From NCBI GenBank assembly GCA_038209515.1, contig JBBQXQ010000005.1:1-60669 (forward strand): a DNA stretch of 60,669 bases, read 5' to 3'. The translations under genes were made by a program, and so were the position numbers. This document shows, in pieces, positions 19,359 to 28,172 of the stretch. Origin of the DNA: Gemmatimonadales bacterium. Its GTDB lineage: Bacteria; Gemmatimonadota; Gemmatimonadetes; Gemmatimonadales; GWC2-71-9. The notes beneath the pieces were generated by a model that worked only from the letters and a program-made list of their open reading frames with translations, was not told the origin of the DNA and did not search any database. Position 1 is the stretch's first letter, and each line of letters opens with the position of its first letter.

Positions 19359-19392
19359 TCTCACTATAAAGTAGTATCATCGTCCCGTGCCA

Positions 19393-19448
19393 CGGCCAAT
19401 AGCCAACGGCCAATAGCCACCGAGCTCCCAGCTCCTAACTCCCAGCTC
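19393..19448 (+). repeat. CGGCCAATAGCCA x2 followed by the complement of the GGGAGCT heptamer array
   Basis: Direct 13-mers lie at 19393-19405 and 19407-19419. They are followed by gagctcccagctcctaactcccagctc, which ends 2 nt before the ATG at 19451. Confidence 0.85.
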
Positions 19449-19450
19449 TC

Positions 19451-20896
19451 ATGTACCCAGACGAGTTCAGACAACACGCGCACCAGTTGGCTGATTGGAT
19501 GGCGGATTATTTTCGGGACGTCGGCACCATGCCAGTGACGCCGGGCGTGCAACCTGGTGACATCCTCCGGCAGATCGCGAGCGGGCCGCCAGAGCACGGC
19601 GAACCGTTTCAGCGGCTCTTTCAGCAGTTTCGTGAGATGATCATGCCCGGAATGACGCATTGGAACCATCCGGGCTGGTTCGCCTACTTTCCCGCCAACA
19701 ATAGTCCACCCTCCGTGCTGGCTGAGATGCTCACGGCCACACTCGGCGCCCAGTGCATGTCGTGGGCTACATCACCCGCCGCTACGGAGCTGGAGCAGGC
19801 CATGATGGAGTGGCTCCGCCAGATGGTAGACCTGCCTGCCGGCTTCGTGGGGGTCATTCAGGACACTGCGTCGACGGCGACTCTGGTCGCCCTGCTGTCG
19901 GCCCGCGAGAGGGCCACCGGCCATGACGCCGGCCTGAGAGGGCTGGCCACCACTGGTTCGCCGTTAACGGTGTACACCTCGACGGAGGCGCACTCCTCAG
20001 TGGACAAGGGGGTCAAGCTTGCCGGATACGGACTGGAACGACTTCGCAAGGTCGCGGTAGACGCGAGCTACGCCATGCGACCGGAGGAATTGGAGCGTGT
20101 AATCACCGCTGATCTGGAGGTCGGGCTCACGCCCGCCTGCGTGGTGGCCACCGTCGGGACGACCTCGTCGACAGCGGTGGATCCGCTGCCGGCAATCGCT
20201 GGGATCTGCCACCGGTATGGAGTCTGGCTCCACGTGGACGCGGCGTACGCCGGTGCCGCTGCGATCGTGCCTGAGCTGCGGCATCTCTTCGACGGGGTAG
20301 AACACGCGGACAGCTTCGTGTTCAACCCCCACAAGTGGCTGCTGGTCAACTTCGATTGCAGTGCCTACTTCGTGCGGGACCGGGAGGCGTTGGTTCGGAC
20401 GTTCCAGGTCACGCCGGAGTATCTCCGCACCGATCAGGACCGCGACGTGGTCAACTTCCGGGACTGGGGCATTCAGCTCGGGCGCCGGTTCCGCGCCCTC
20501 AAACTGTGGTTCGTCATCCGGAGCTACGGGGTTGAGGGGCTGAGGGCGATGATCCGCCGGCACGTGGAGCTGGCGCAGGAGCTGGCGGGGTGGGTAGACG
20601 CTGATCCGGATTTCGAGCTGATGGCGCCAGTGCTGTTCGGGCTGGTGTGCTTCCGCTACCGTCCTGATGGTGTGTCTGATGCACAGGTGGATGATCTAAA
20701 CCGGCGCGTGCTCGCGCGGGTAAACGCTAGTCGTCGGGTGCATCTCACCCATACTCTGCTGGGGGAGCGCTACGTAATTCGAATGGCCATCGGGCAACGG
20801 GAGACCGAGCGGCAACACGTCGAGGAGGCATGGAGTCTCATTCGTGAGGCCGCAAAGGCAGTGTCATCCGTTCGCGGTAATCAGGGCAAGCTCTGA
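19451..20896 (+). CDS. Group II PLP-dependent aromatic-L-amino-acid (Tyr/Trp/DOPA-type) decarboxylase
   Basis: HWNHPGWFAYFPANNSPPSVLAEML, the DAAYAG motif, and PLP-lysine motif NPHKWLLVNFDCS are present. Confidence 0.85.
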   Translation: MYPDEFRQHAHQLADWMADYFRDVGTMPVTPGVQPGDILRQIASGPPEHGEPFQRLFQQFREMIMPGMTHWNHPGWFAYFPANNSPPSVLAEMLTATLGAQCMSWATSPAATELEQAMMEWLRQMVDLPAGFVGVIQDTASTATLVALLSARERATGHDAGLRGLATTGSPLTVYTSTEAHSSVDKGVKLAGYGLERLRKVAVDASYAMRPEELERVITADLEVGLTPACVVATVGTTSSTAVDPLPAIAGICHRYGVWLHVDAAYAGAAAIVPELRHLFDGVEHADSFVFNPHKWLLVNFDCSAYFVRDREALVRTFQVTPEYLRTDQDRDVVNFRDWGIQLGRRFRALKLWFVIRSYGVEGLRAMIRRHVELAQELAGWVDADPDFELMAPVLFGLVCFRYRPDGVSDAQVDDLNRRVLARVNASRRVHLTHTLLGERYVIRMAIGQRETERQHVEEAWSLIREAAKAVSSVRGNQGKL

Positions 20897-20972
20897 GCGA
20901 AGCGAAGGATCCTTCGAGTAGTCTGAGGGATCCTTCACTGCGTTCAGGATGACAACCTGTGCTCAGGATGAC
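20893..20972. repeat. REP/REPIN-like palindromic element (GTCATCCTGA...GAAGGATCC family)
   Basis: CTGAGCGAAGCGAAGGATCC and its imperfect inverted copy GGATCCTTCACTGCGTTCAG match at 17 of 20 positions. TCAGGATGAC then occurs twice, at 20944-20953 and 20963-20972. The element sits between the convergent decarboxylase and uvrA genes. Confidence 0.7.
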
Positions 20973-21006
20973 ATCAGCTCCCGGGAAGCCGCAGATACAC
21001 GGCGGG

Positions 21007-23808
21007 TCATCCGGCCAGAATCGCCTGCGCCGGTGCGAGAAGTGGTTGGAGATAGCGGCCGGTGTGAGAGGTGGGGACCTCGGCAATCTCCTCCGGTGTG
21101 CCTTGGGCCACGATGGATCCACCGGCATCTCCCGCCTCGGGTCCCATGTCGATCACCCAGTCGGCCCGCTTGATCACATCGAGGTGGTGCTCGATGACGA
21201 GCACGGTATGTCCGGCGTCCACCAGGCGGTCGAGCACATGGATCAGCACGCGAACATCGTCGAGATGGAGACCGGTGGTCGGCTCGTCGAGGATGTAGAG
21301 TCGCCGGCCCTCGCGCTTGCCGGCCTGAGTCAGCTCCCTTGCGATCTTGAGCCGCTGGGCCTCACCTCCCGAGAGGGTGGTGGCCGGCTGCCCCAGCCTG
21401 AGGTAACCCAGACCCACCTGCTGCAGCTGCCAGAGGGCATGGCCCAGCCTGGGCTGATGGCGAAACCGGTTGATCGCCTCGTCCACGGTCCACTGAAGCA
21501 CATCGTGGATGGACTTGCCCTGGATCCGCACGTCCAGCACGTCGGGGCAATAGCGAGTGCCACCACATGCCTCGCACGGGACGAAGACGTCAGCCATGAA
21601 CACCATCTGGACCTGAACGTGTCCGGCGCCTTCGCAGCCCTCGCAGCGCCCACCTGGCAAGTTGAACGAGAAGGTGGCGGAGGTGTACTTCCGCTTTCGT
21701 GCCAGCGGCTGTCCGGCAAACAGTTCCCGGATCTCGTCGAAGGCCTTGATGTACGTGACCGGGTTCGACCGGGGTGAGCGGCCGATCGGCGACTGGTCTA
21801 CCAGCAGAACGTCCTGGAGAAACTCCCAGCCGGTCATCGATGCGATCGCGCCGACCGGCTCGCCGAGATGGGACTTGGCCGAGTGCTCACCCCGGAGCCT
21901 CGCCTCGAGATGCCGGTAGATGACGTCGTGGAGCAGCGTGCTCTTGCCTGAGCCGGAGACGCCGGTCACCGCGGTGAGTGCGCCGAGCGGGATGTCCACG
22001 TCGACCCCATGGAGATTGTGCAGGGTGGCGCCGCGGACTCGGAGCCACTGGGGACCAGTGGGTCGGCGGATGCTGGGTACCGCGATACGCTTCTGGCCGG
22101 TGAGATACTGGCCGGTCAACGACGCTTTGGCTTCCCGAACCGGCCCGGCGTGCACCACGCGGCCACCATGCTCGCCCGATCCCGGACCCAGCTCCAGCAT
22201 GAAGTCCGCCTGCTGAATCGCCGCAAGGTCGTGCTCGACCACGAGGACCGTGTTCCCGGCGTCGCGGAGCCGCCGCAGCAAGGCAAGCAGGCGGTCGGTA
22301 TCCTTCGCGTGCAGCCCGATGGTGGGCTCGTCCAGGACGTAAAGGGTGTCGACCAGGCGGGAGCCAAGGGCGTTGGACAGGGAGATCCGCTGAGCCTCGC
22401 CCCCGGAGAGGGTCCGGGTCTGCCGATCGAGGGTGAGATAGCCGAGTCCGACATCCCGGAGGAAGCTGAGGCGGTCGTCGAGCTGGTCCACGATCAGCTG
22501 GGCCACCTGGCGCTCGGTCTGCGTGAGCGAGAGACCGTGAAGCCACTGGTGCACCGCGTCCACCGAGCCCCTTGCCACCGCGCCGATGGTGTCATTGCCG
22601 ATCTGAACCGAGAGCGCGTCGGGGTTCAGCCGGCTGCCGCGGCACTCGCTGCAGGTCTGGGCCAGCTGGTACTGACGCAGAAAGACCCGGATGTACTGCT
22701 TATATCGCTTCTCCTCGAGTCCCTTCAGGAAAGGGAAGATGCCCAGGTAGCGGCCCTTCTTTCCATAAAGGAGCTCCCGCCGGTGTGCCGGCTTCAGTTT
22801 GGACCACGGCTTGCTCGCATCCGCACCGAGGGACCGGGCAAACTCGAGCAGAATCCGGCGGCGTGATTCATACCGCGGCTTGGTCCAGGGATCGATCGCC
22901 CCCTCCCCCAGGGACTTACCCGGGTCGCAGACGATCAGCGACTCGTCGTACTCGAGGACTGCACCGAATCCGTTGCAGGTGGAGCATGCGCCGCGTGGGT
23001 TGTTGAAGGAGAAGAGCGCTGGGGTGACGGACGCCGCGGGCGTGTCGCAGCTGCTGCATGCGGCGAACTCGGTGAAGCGGAGATGGCCGCTCTGATGCAC
23101 CACCAGGGCGATGCCCTCTCCCTCCTGAAAGGCGGTGGCCAGCGCTTCATTGAGGCGTCCTGCCGAGCCGGGTGCGGCGGTGAGACGGTCGACCACCACG
23201 AGCAACTCCTCCGCCCGGGTGAGCTCGAGGTCCGGAGGCAGGTCCTCGAGATGGTGCGGGGCTCCGTCCGCGACGACGCGTACGAACCCGAGCGCCCGGA
23301 GATTTTCCACCACGGCAGCGTGGGTCAACCGGGCGACTGGCGGGAGCGGGAAGCAGACCTGGATCGGCCCAGCCGCCGCGGCCAACGTGTCGCCACAGGC
23401 CGACTCGGCGGTATCGCGACGAACCGGGCCTCCACACAGCCTGCAGTAGCACTTCCCGATCCGGGCCCAGAGCAGGCGCAAGTAGTCGTAGACTTCGGTA
23501 GCCGTCCCCACGGTGGACCGGCTCGAGACTACCGGATTGCGCTGCTCGATGGCGACCGCCGGCGCGAGCCCGTCCAAACGATCCACCAGCGGCTTCGGCA
23601 TCCGGTCGAGGAACTGCTTTGCGTAGGTCGACAACGACTCGATATACCGCCGCTGTCCCTCGGCGTAGATGGTATCGAACGCCAGCGTGCTCTTGCCCGA
23701 GCCCGAGGGCCCGGTCACTACGATGAGCGATCGATGCGGCAGGTCGACGGTGATGCCCCGCAGGTTGTTCTGCCGGGCATTGACGATGCGGATGACGGAC
23801 TGGGACAT
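21007..23808 (-). CDS. uvrA: Excinuclease ABC subunit A
   Basis: NNLRGITVDLPHRSLIVVTGPSGSGKSTLAFDTIYAEGQRRY is present, along with two ABC modules and zinc-finger Cys clusters. The length is 933 aa. Confidence 0.95.
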   Translation of the reverse strand: MSQSVIRIVNARQNNLRGITVDLPHRSLIVVTGPSGSGKSTLAFDTIYAEGQRRYIESLSTYAKQFLDRMPKPLVDRLDGLAPAVAIEQRNPVVSSRSTVGTATEVYDYLRLLWARIGKCYCRLCGGPVRRDTAESACGDTLAAAAGPIQVCFPLPPVARLTHAAVVENLRALGFVRVVADGAPHHLEDLPPDLELTRAEELLVVVDRLTAAPGSAGRLNEALATAFQEGEGIALVVHQSGHLRFTEFAACSSCDTPAASVTPALFSFNNPRGACSTCNGFGAVLEYDESLIVCDPGKSLGEGAIDPWTKPRYESRRRILLEFARSLGADASKPWSKLKPAHRRELLYGKKGRYLGIFPFLKGLEEKRYKQYIRVFLRQYQLAQTCSECRGSRLNPDALSVQIGNDTIGAVARGSVDAVHQWLHGLSLTQTERQVAQLIVDQLDDRLSFLRDVGLGYLTLDRQTRTLSGGEAQRISLSNALGSRLVDTLYVLDEPTIGLHAKDTDRLLALLRRLRDAGNTVLVVEHDLAAIQQADFMLELGPGSGEHGGRVVHAGPVREAKASLTGQYLTGQKRIAVPSIRRPTGPQWLRVRGATLHNLHGVDVDIPLGALTAVTGVSGSGKSTLLHDVIYRHLEARLRGEHSAKSHLGEPVGAIASMTGWEFLQDVLLVDQSPIGRSPRSNPVTYIKAFDEIRELFAGQPLARKRKYTSATFSFNLPGGRCEGCEGAGHVQVQMVFMADVFVPCEACGGTRYCPDVLDVRIQGKSIHDVLQWTVDEAINRFRHQPRLGHALWQLQQVGLGYLRLGQPATTLSGGEAQRLKIARELTQAGKREGRRLYILDEPTTGLHLDDVRVLIHVLDRLVDAGHTVLVIEHHLDVIKRADWVIDMGPEAGDAGGSIVAQGTPEEIAEVPTSHTGRYLQPLLAPAQAILAG

Positions 23809-23822
23809 CGGTGGAAAATAAG

Positions 23823-23851
23823 CGACTTCCCCGCTTCCCCGCTTCCCCGCT
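23823..23851 (+). repeat. Octamer micro-array CCGCTTCC x3 (complement AGCGGGGA)
   Basis: cgacttcc ccgcttcc ccgcttcc ccgct lies in the 57-nt divergent region between the uvrA start (23808) and the 23866 gene. A single copy of AGCGGGGAAG also occurs at 36493-36502. Confidence 0.85.
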
Positions 23852-23865
23852 AATTTTCGCCACCC

Positions 23866-24942
23866 ATGCCCCGCCTCCTCACCCCCAAGCTTTTGCTCCG
23901 TGGTTTCGAGGTGTTTGTCGTGGCCTCGCTGACTGGATTCGGGGTCACTTTACTGTATGGCAACAATCTTCCCGCGTTCATGTCCGCCCTCGGGCGGCTC
24001 CACTGGATCTGGATTCTGGTCGGTGCAGGGCTGGCCTCACTCGACTGGATCGGTGGTGGGCTCCGGCTCTGGGTCTGCGCCCGGCACATCTATCCCAACC
24101 CTCCGCTGAAGGGGATGATTCTCGCGGGAGGCATGGGTGCCTGGGCCGGGTACATCACGCCGCTCAACTCGGGCTCCGGTCCCATGACCATGTACACCAT
24201 GCGCCGGTACGGGGTGCCGCTGCCGGTCGCGGTCACCGCCACGTTCATCAGCTTCGTCGCCACCGTCCTCTTCTTCGCCATTGCCGGACCACTCGCTGTC
24301 GTCTTCGGCGCGGGGCGCTCCCTGGGGCAGCGGGGGAACGTGCTCGGACTCTCGCTGTTCGACCTGTTTCTCGGCAGCCTGACGATCATCGCCGGGATTG
24401 GCGTGCTCATGGCGTTCGTCATGTTTTTCCCCAAGTTGGTGCGAGATCTGATCCATCGCGCTGCCGAAGCAATCGGCCGCCGGAGCGGTCGCGTCGCCCA
24501 CCGGCTGGAGAAGCTGCGGACCGGTATCGACCTGGCGCACGAGAGCCTGGTCGCCTTCAACAGCCCGCGAGGGTGGCTGGCGCTCTTCTGGGCCACGATC
24601 CTCTCCGGTCCGTCCCACGCCAACAAGCTGCTGGCCGGCTACGTGGCGCTGCGCGCCCTCGGCATTCATGCCAACTTCGTCGACATTCTTCTGGTACAGA
24701 CGCTGGTCATGTTCCTCCTGTACTTTGCGCCGACTCCAGGGGCGTCCGGAGTCGGCGAGGTGCTGTCCGCCGCGGTGATGTCGTCCTACGTCCCCAGGGA
24801 GCTCACCCCGATTTACATCCTGATCTGGCGACTGACCCTGAGCTACTTCACCCTTGCGTTTGGATTCCTGGTGTTCTCCGGCTGGGTAAGGCGAGGACTC
24901 AAGGCCGTCGAAGACACCTCACTGCCGGAACCGGCGGGCTAG
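23866..24942 (+). CDS. Lysylphosphatidylglycerol-synthase-TM-region / flippase-like membrane protein (UPF0104)
   Basis: It has eight TM segments and a pattern typical of the TIGR00374-type family. This assignment is from memory. Confidence 0.6.
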   Translation: MPRLLTPKLLLRGFEVFVVASLTGFGVTLLYGNNLPAFMSALGRLHWIWILVGAGLASLDWIGGGLRLWVCARHIYPNPPLKGMILAGGMGAWAGYITPLNSGSGPMTMYTMRRYGVPLPVAVTATFISFVATVLFFAIAGPLAVVFGAGRSLGQRGNVLGLSLFDLFLGSLTIIAGIGVLMAFVMFFPKLVRDLIHRAAEAIGRRSGRVAHRLEKLRTGIDLAHESLVAFNSPRGWLALFWATILSGPSHANKLLAGYVALRALGIHANFVDILLVQTLVMFLLYFAPTPGASGVGEVLSAAVMSSYVPRELTPIYILIWRLTLSYFTLAFGFLVFSGWVRRGLKAVEDTSLPEPAG

Positions 24943-24945
24943 CGC

Positions 24946-26727
24946 ATGGATCAAGACGAGATTCTCGACAAGAGCTATGATGCCACCCTGCTCCGCCGGC
25001 TGCTGGTGTACCTGCGGCCGTACCGTGGCCTGACCTTACTGGCCGTCCTGCTGCTGCTCATCGGCGCTGGACTGGCCCTGGTCGGGCCTCTCTTGACCCA
25101 GCGCGCGCTCGACGTCGCCATTCCCAGGCACGATATGGGTCTGCTGGGGACCCTCGCGACCCTGTTCCTGGCGGCCCTTCTGCTCGAGTTCGTGGTCGAG
25201 TACGGCCAGACGTTGCTCACCACCTACATTGGCCAGCGAGTGATGTACGACCTTAGAATGCAGATCTTCGGACACCTTCAACGGCTGAGCATCAGCTTCT
25301 TCGACCGGAATCCGGTCGGTCGACTGATGACCCGCGTCACATCCGACGTGGAGACCCTGAACGAGCTGTTCTCGTCCGGCCTGGTCACCGTGTTCGGGGA
25401 TGTGTTCACCCTCGTGGCCATCATGACGATGATGCTGGTCGTGGACTGGCGTCTTGCCCTGGTGACATTCTCGGTCATCCCCTTGGTGTGGCTCACTGCC
25501 ATGATCTTCCGGCGGCGGGTGCGCGAGGCATTTCGTGACATCCGCACCCGCCTGGCCCGGCTCAACGCCTACCTCCAAGAGCGGCTCTCCGGCATGCGGG
25601 TGGTCCAGCTCTTCGGCCGGGAAGCGGACTCGGCAGCCCGATTCAGCGCGCTGAATCGCGAGCACCTGGAGGCGCATCTCCGGTCGATCACCATCTATGC
25701 GGTGTTCTTCCCGGTGGTCGAGGTGCTGACCGCGGTGGCCACGGCGCTGCTCTTGTACTACGGTGGGCTTCGAACCATCCACGGCACGCTGACGGTCGGG
25801 GTACTCGCCGCGTTCATCCAGCTCACCCGCAGGTTCTTCCAGCCGCTGCAGGATCTCTCGGAAAAGTTCAACCTCCTCCAGAGCGCCATGGCCTCCTCCG
25901 AGCGGGTTTTTGGCCTGCTGGACCAGCCAGTCAGCGTGCTGGAGCCCGCCAGGCCGGTGATGCTTCCGCAGCCGATCCACGGGGAGGTGCGCTTCGAGGA
26001 CGTCTGGTTCCGTTACGGCCCGGATAGTCCGTGGGTTCTGCGCGACGTGTCGTTCACCGCCTCGCCGGGTCAAACGATCGCGCTGGTAGGACACACCGGG
26101 GCAGGAAAGACCACGATCGTCAACCTGCTGCTCCGCTTCTACGACCCCGATCGCGGTCGGATCCTGATCGACGGGGTGGATATTCGCCAGCTGAGCACGT
26201 CGGATTTGCGGTCGCTGATAGGCTTCGTCCAGCAGGATCTCTTCCTCTTCACGGGCGACATCCTGCACAACCTGACGCTGGACGCCCCGGTTTCGGCGGA
26301 GGCCGCTCACGAGGCGGCCCGCCGGGTGGGCGCCGACCGCTTCATCGAGCGGCTGCCCGCGGGGTACGCTCACCGGCTCGGAGAGCGCGGGCGGAGCCTG
26401 AGCGTCGGCGAGCGGCAACTGCTCAGCTTCGCCCGCGCCCTGGCGCTTGACCCCAGGATCCTGGTGCTGGACGAGGCCACGAGCTCGGTTGACGCAGAGG
26501 CAGAGGCGCAGATCCAGCAGGCCATCGCCGAGCTCATGGTCGGACGGACCAGTCTCGTGGTGGCCCATCGGCTGAGCACCATCCTGCATGCCGATGAGAT
26601 CCTGGTGATGCAGCACGGTGAGATCAGGGAGCGGGGAAGCCACCGTGAGCTCCTGCTTCAGGAGGGGCTGTACCAGCGGCTGTATCAGCTGCAGCTGCAG
26701 GGCCAGGAAGCTCAGAAGATCGCTTAA
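24946..26727 (+). CDS. ABC exporter, fused permease/ATPase (MsbA/multidrug type)
   Basis: A six-TM domain is followed by Walker A GHTGAGKTT, the signature LSVGERQ and Walker B LVLDEATS. Confidence 0.9.
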   Translation: MDQDEILDKSYDATLLRRLLVYLRPYRGLTLLAVLLLLIGAGLALVGPLLTQRALDVAIPRHDMGLLGTLATLFLAALLLEFVVEYGQTLLTTYIGQRVMYDLRMQIFGHLQRLSISFFDRNPVGRLMTRVTSDVETLNELFSSGLVTVFGDVFTLVAIMTMMLVVDWRLALVTFSVIPLVWLTAMIFRRRVREAFRDIRTRLARLNAYLQERLSGMRVVQLFGREADSAARFSALNREHLEAHLRSITIYAVFFPVVEVLTAVATALLLYYGGLRTIHGTLTVGVLAAFIQLTRRFFQPLQDLSEKFNLLQSAMASSERVFGLLDQPVSVLEPARPVMLPQPIHGEVRFEDVWFRYGPDSPWVLRDVSFTASPGQTIALVGHTGAGKTTIVNLLLRFYDPDRGRILIDGVDIRQLSTSDLRSLIGFVQQDLFLFTGDILHNLTLDAPVSAEAAHEAARRVGADRFIERLPAGYAHRLGERGRSLSVGERQLLSFARALALDPRILVLDEATSSVDAEAEAQIQQAIAELMVGRTSLVVAHRLSTILHADEILVMQHGEIRERGSHRELLLQEGLYQRLYQLQLQGQEAQKIA

Positions 26728-26822
26728 TAGCCGGCCATGAGGCCCGGCCTAACCATATTTCGCTTGCCAGGTTATAAGTCAGCGGGTACGTTTCTCCACT
26801 CGATTTTCCTCGGGATCAATCG

Positions 26823-28163
26823 ATGATCCATCTCGAAATCGACGGCGAGCGGCATGTCATCGCCGCCGGTGAAACAGTCATAGGGTCGGCCTCGGATAGT
26901 GCTGTGGTGCTCCCCGGCGAGGGGGTGCATCCGAAGCACGCCGTCGTGCAGGGAGCTCCCGGGGCCGCGTCGATACGGGCCGCCGCGTCCGGGGCCGAGA
27001 TCCTGGTCAACGGTGTTCGGCTCGGTGCCGAGCCGACCCCGCTTCTCCATGGCGACAAGATCGCGATCGGGACTCACGAACTGCTCGTGGTGGATTCCGC
27101 CCGGGCCGGCAGCACCCAGCTCTTTGACTCCGGCGCCTTCGCGGATCTGGTCGCTCCTCCGGTGTCTTCCAAGGCGCCGGGGAAGACGGGGGGCCGGCTG
27201 GTCTGCCTCACCGACGGCAGGGAATACACCATTGGCGAGCGATCGCTCACCTTCGGCCGGGAGGCCGGGGCCGATGTCGTGGTCGCGGGACATGACGTAT
27301 CGCGCCAGCACGCGGAGATCCGGTTGGATCCAGAGGGGTACATCCTGATTGACGCCAGTGTAAACGGCACCTACGTGAACGGCGAGCGGATGGGGAAGAC
27401 GCGGCGGCTCTCCCGAGCCGACGTAATCCGGATCGGGAACGACGAGTTCCGTTTCTACGCCGATTCGCCACCGGCCTCGCCCAAGTCGGCCCCGAAGATG
27501 CAAGCGGTCGAGATTCCTCCCAGCAGGCCGCCGGCCGGCGCGTCCCAGCGTCTCTCGGAGACTATGCACGGGATCCCGGTCGCCGAGCTTCAGCGGCAGA
27601 ACACGCCTCCGTCGCCCAGCGCCGCCCCGCTGGCGTCGCTCCTGTTTCGGAGCGGGGCCATGAAGGGCCGGCGGCTGCCGATCAAGGTACCGGTGGTGAA
27701 TATCGGGCGGGGAGACTACAACGACGTGGTCATTTCCGATCCGAGCGTGAGCACCATGCACGCCAAGCTCCAGCGCCGCGAGGCGATCTGGATCCTGACC
27801 GATCTGGGCTCCACCAATGGCACCTTCGTGGAGGGGGAGCCACTGAAAGGCGAGCTGCCCCTGGGTCCCGGCACAACCATCCGCTTCGGGGACGTCCTGG
27901 CCCTGTTCGAGCCGCTCGACGAGAAGGTTCCGGCGGGACGGGGCGCGGGGACCCGGGTCATGGAGAAGCTGGAGGCGAGATCCCTCGCACCGGCTCGGAG
28001 TGCTGAGCCGGCACCCGAAGCAGAACCACCGAGACCGCGGCCGCGCCGGCCTATTCGCGTCGCCCAACCACGCCCCAAGGCTCCCTCCACCATTGTGGTG
28101 GTCGGGTTGGTGATTCTCGTGGCTATCCTGGCCTACCTGCTTTCCCACCTGCCCTCGAGCTGA
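26823..28163 (+). CDS. Triple-FHA-domain protein with C-terminal TM anchor
   Basis: There are three FHA cores (IGS.SDSAVVL...HAVV...NG; FGRE.GADVVV.....SRQHAEI...GT.VNG; IGRGDYNDVVI.D..VS..HAKL...STNGTFV). The C-terminal TM segment is IVVVGLVILVAILAYLL. Confidence 0.85.
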   Translation: MIHLEIDGERHVIAAGETVIGSASDSAVVLPGEGVHPKHAVVQGAPGAASIRAAASGAEILVNGVRLGAEPTPLLHGDKIAIGTHELLVVDSARAGSTQLFDSGAFADLVAPPVSSKAPGKTGGRLVCLTDGREYTIGERSLTFGREAGADVVVAGHDVSRQHAEIRLDPEGYILIDASVNGTYVNGERMGKTRRLSRADVIRIGNDEFRFYADSPPASPKSAPKMQAVEIPPSRPPAGASQRLSETMHGIPVAELQRQNTPPSPSAAPLASLLFRSGAMKGRRLPIKVPVVNIGRGDYNDVVISDPSVSTMHAKLQRREAIWILTDLGSTNGTFVEGEPLKGELPLGPGTTIRFGDVLALFEPLDEKVPAGRGAGTRVMEKLEARSLAPARSAEPAPEAEPPRPRPRRPIRVAQPRPKAPSTIVVVGLVILVAILAYLLSHLPSS

Positions 28164-28172
28164 CGGACTCTC

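Noticed and set aside
25036-26643. Very long ORFs lie antisense to recognisable genes. Examples are 25036-26643, 26772-28640, 55872-57584, 12368-13654, 1674-2966, 32130-33488, 45227-46528, 53795-54895, 16424-17446 and 39565-40557.
   Set aside because: The opposite strand encodes proteins with clear conserved motifs in each case (ABC exporter, FHA/PP2C, PPIases, DUF1499, holB, pckA, lepA, mfd, HemL-like, metC-like). The antisense translations are Arg/Gly/Pro/His-rich low-complexity sequence, which is typical of stop-poor frames in high-GC DNA.
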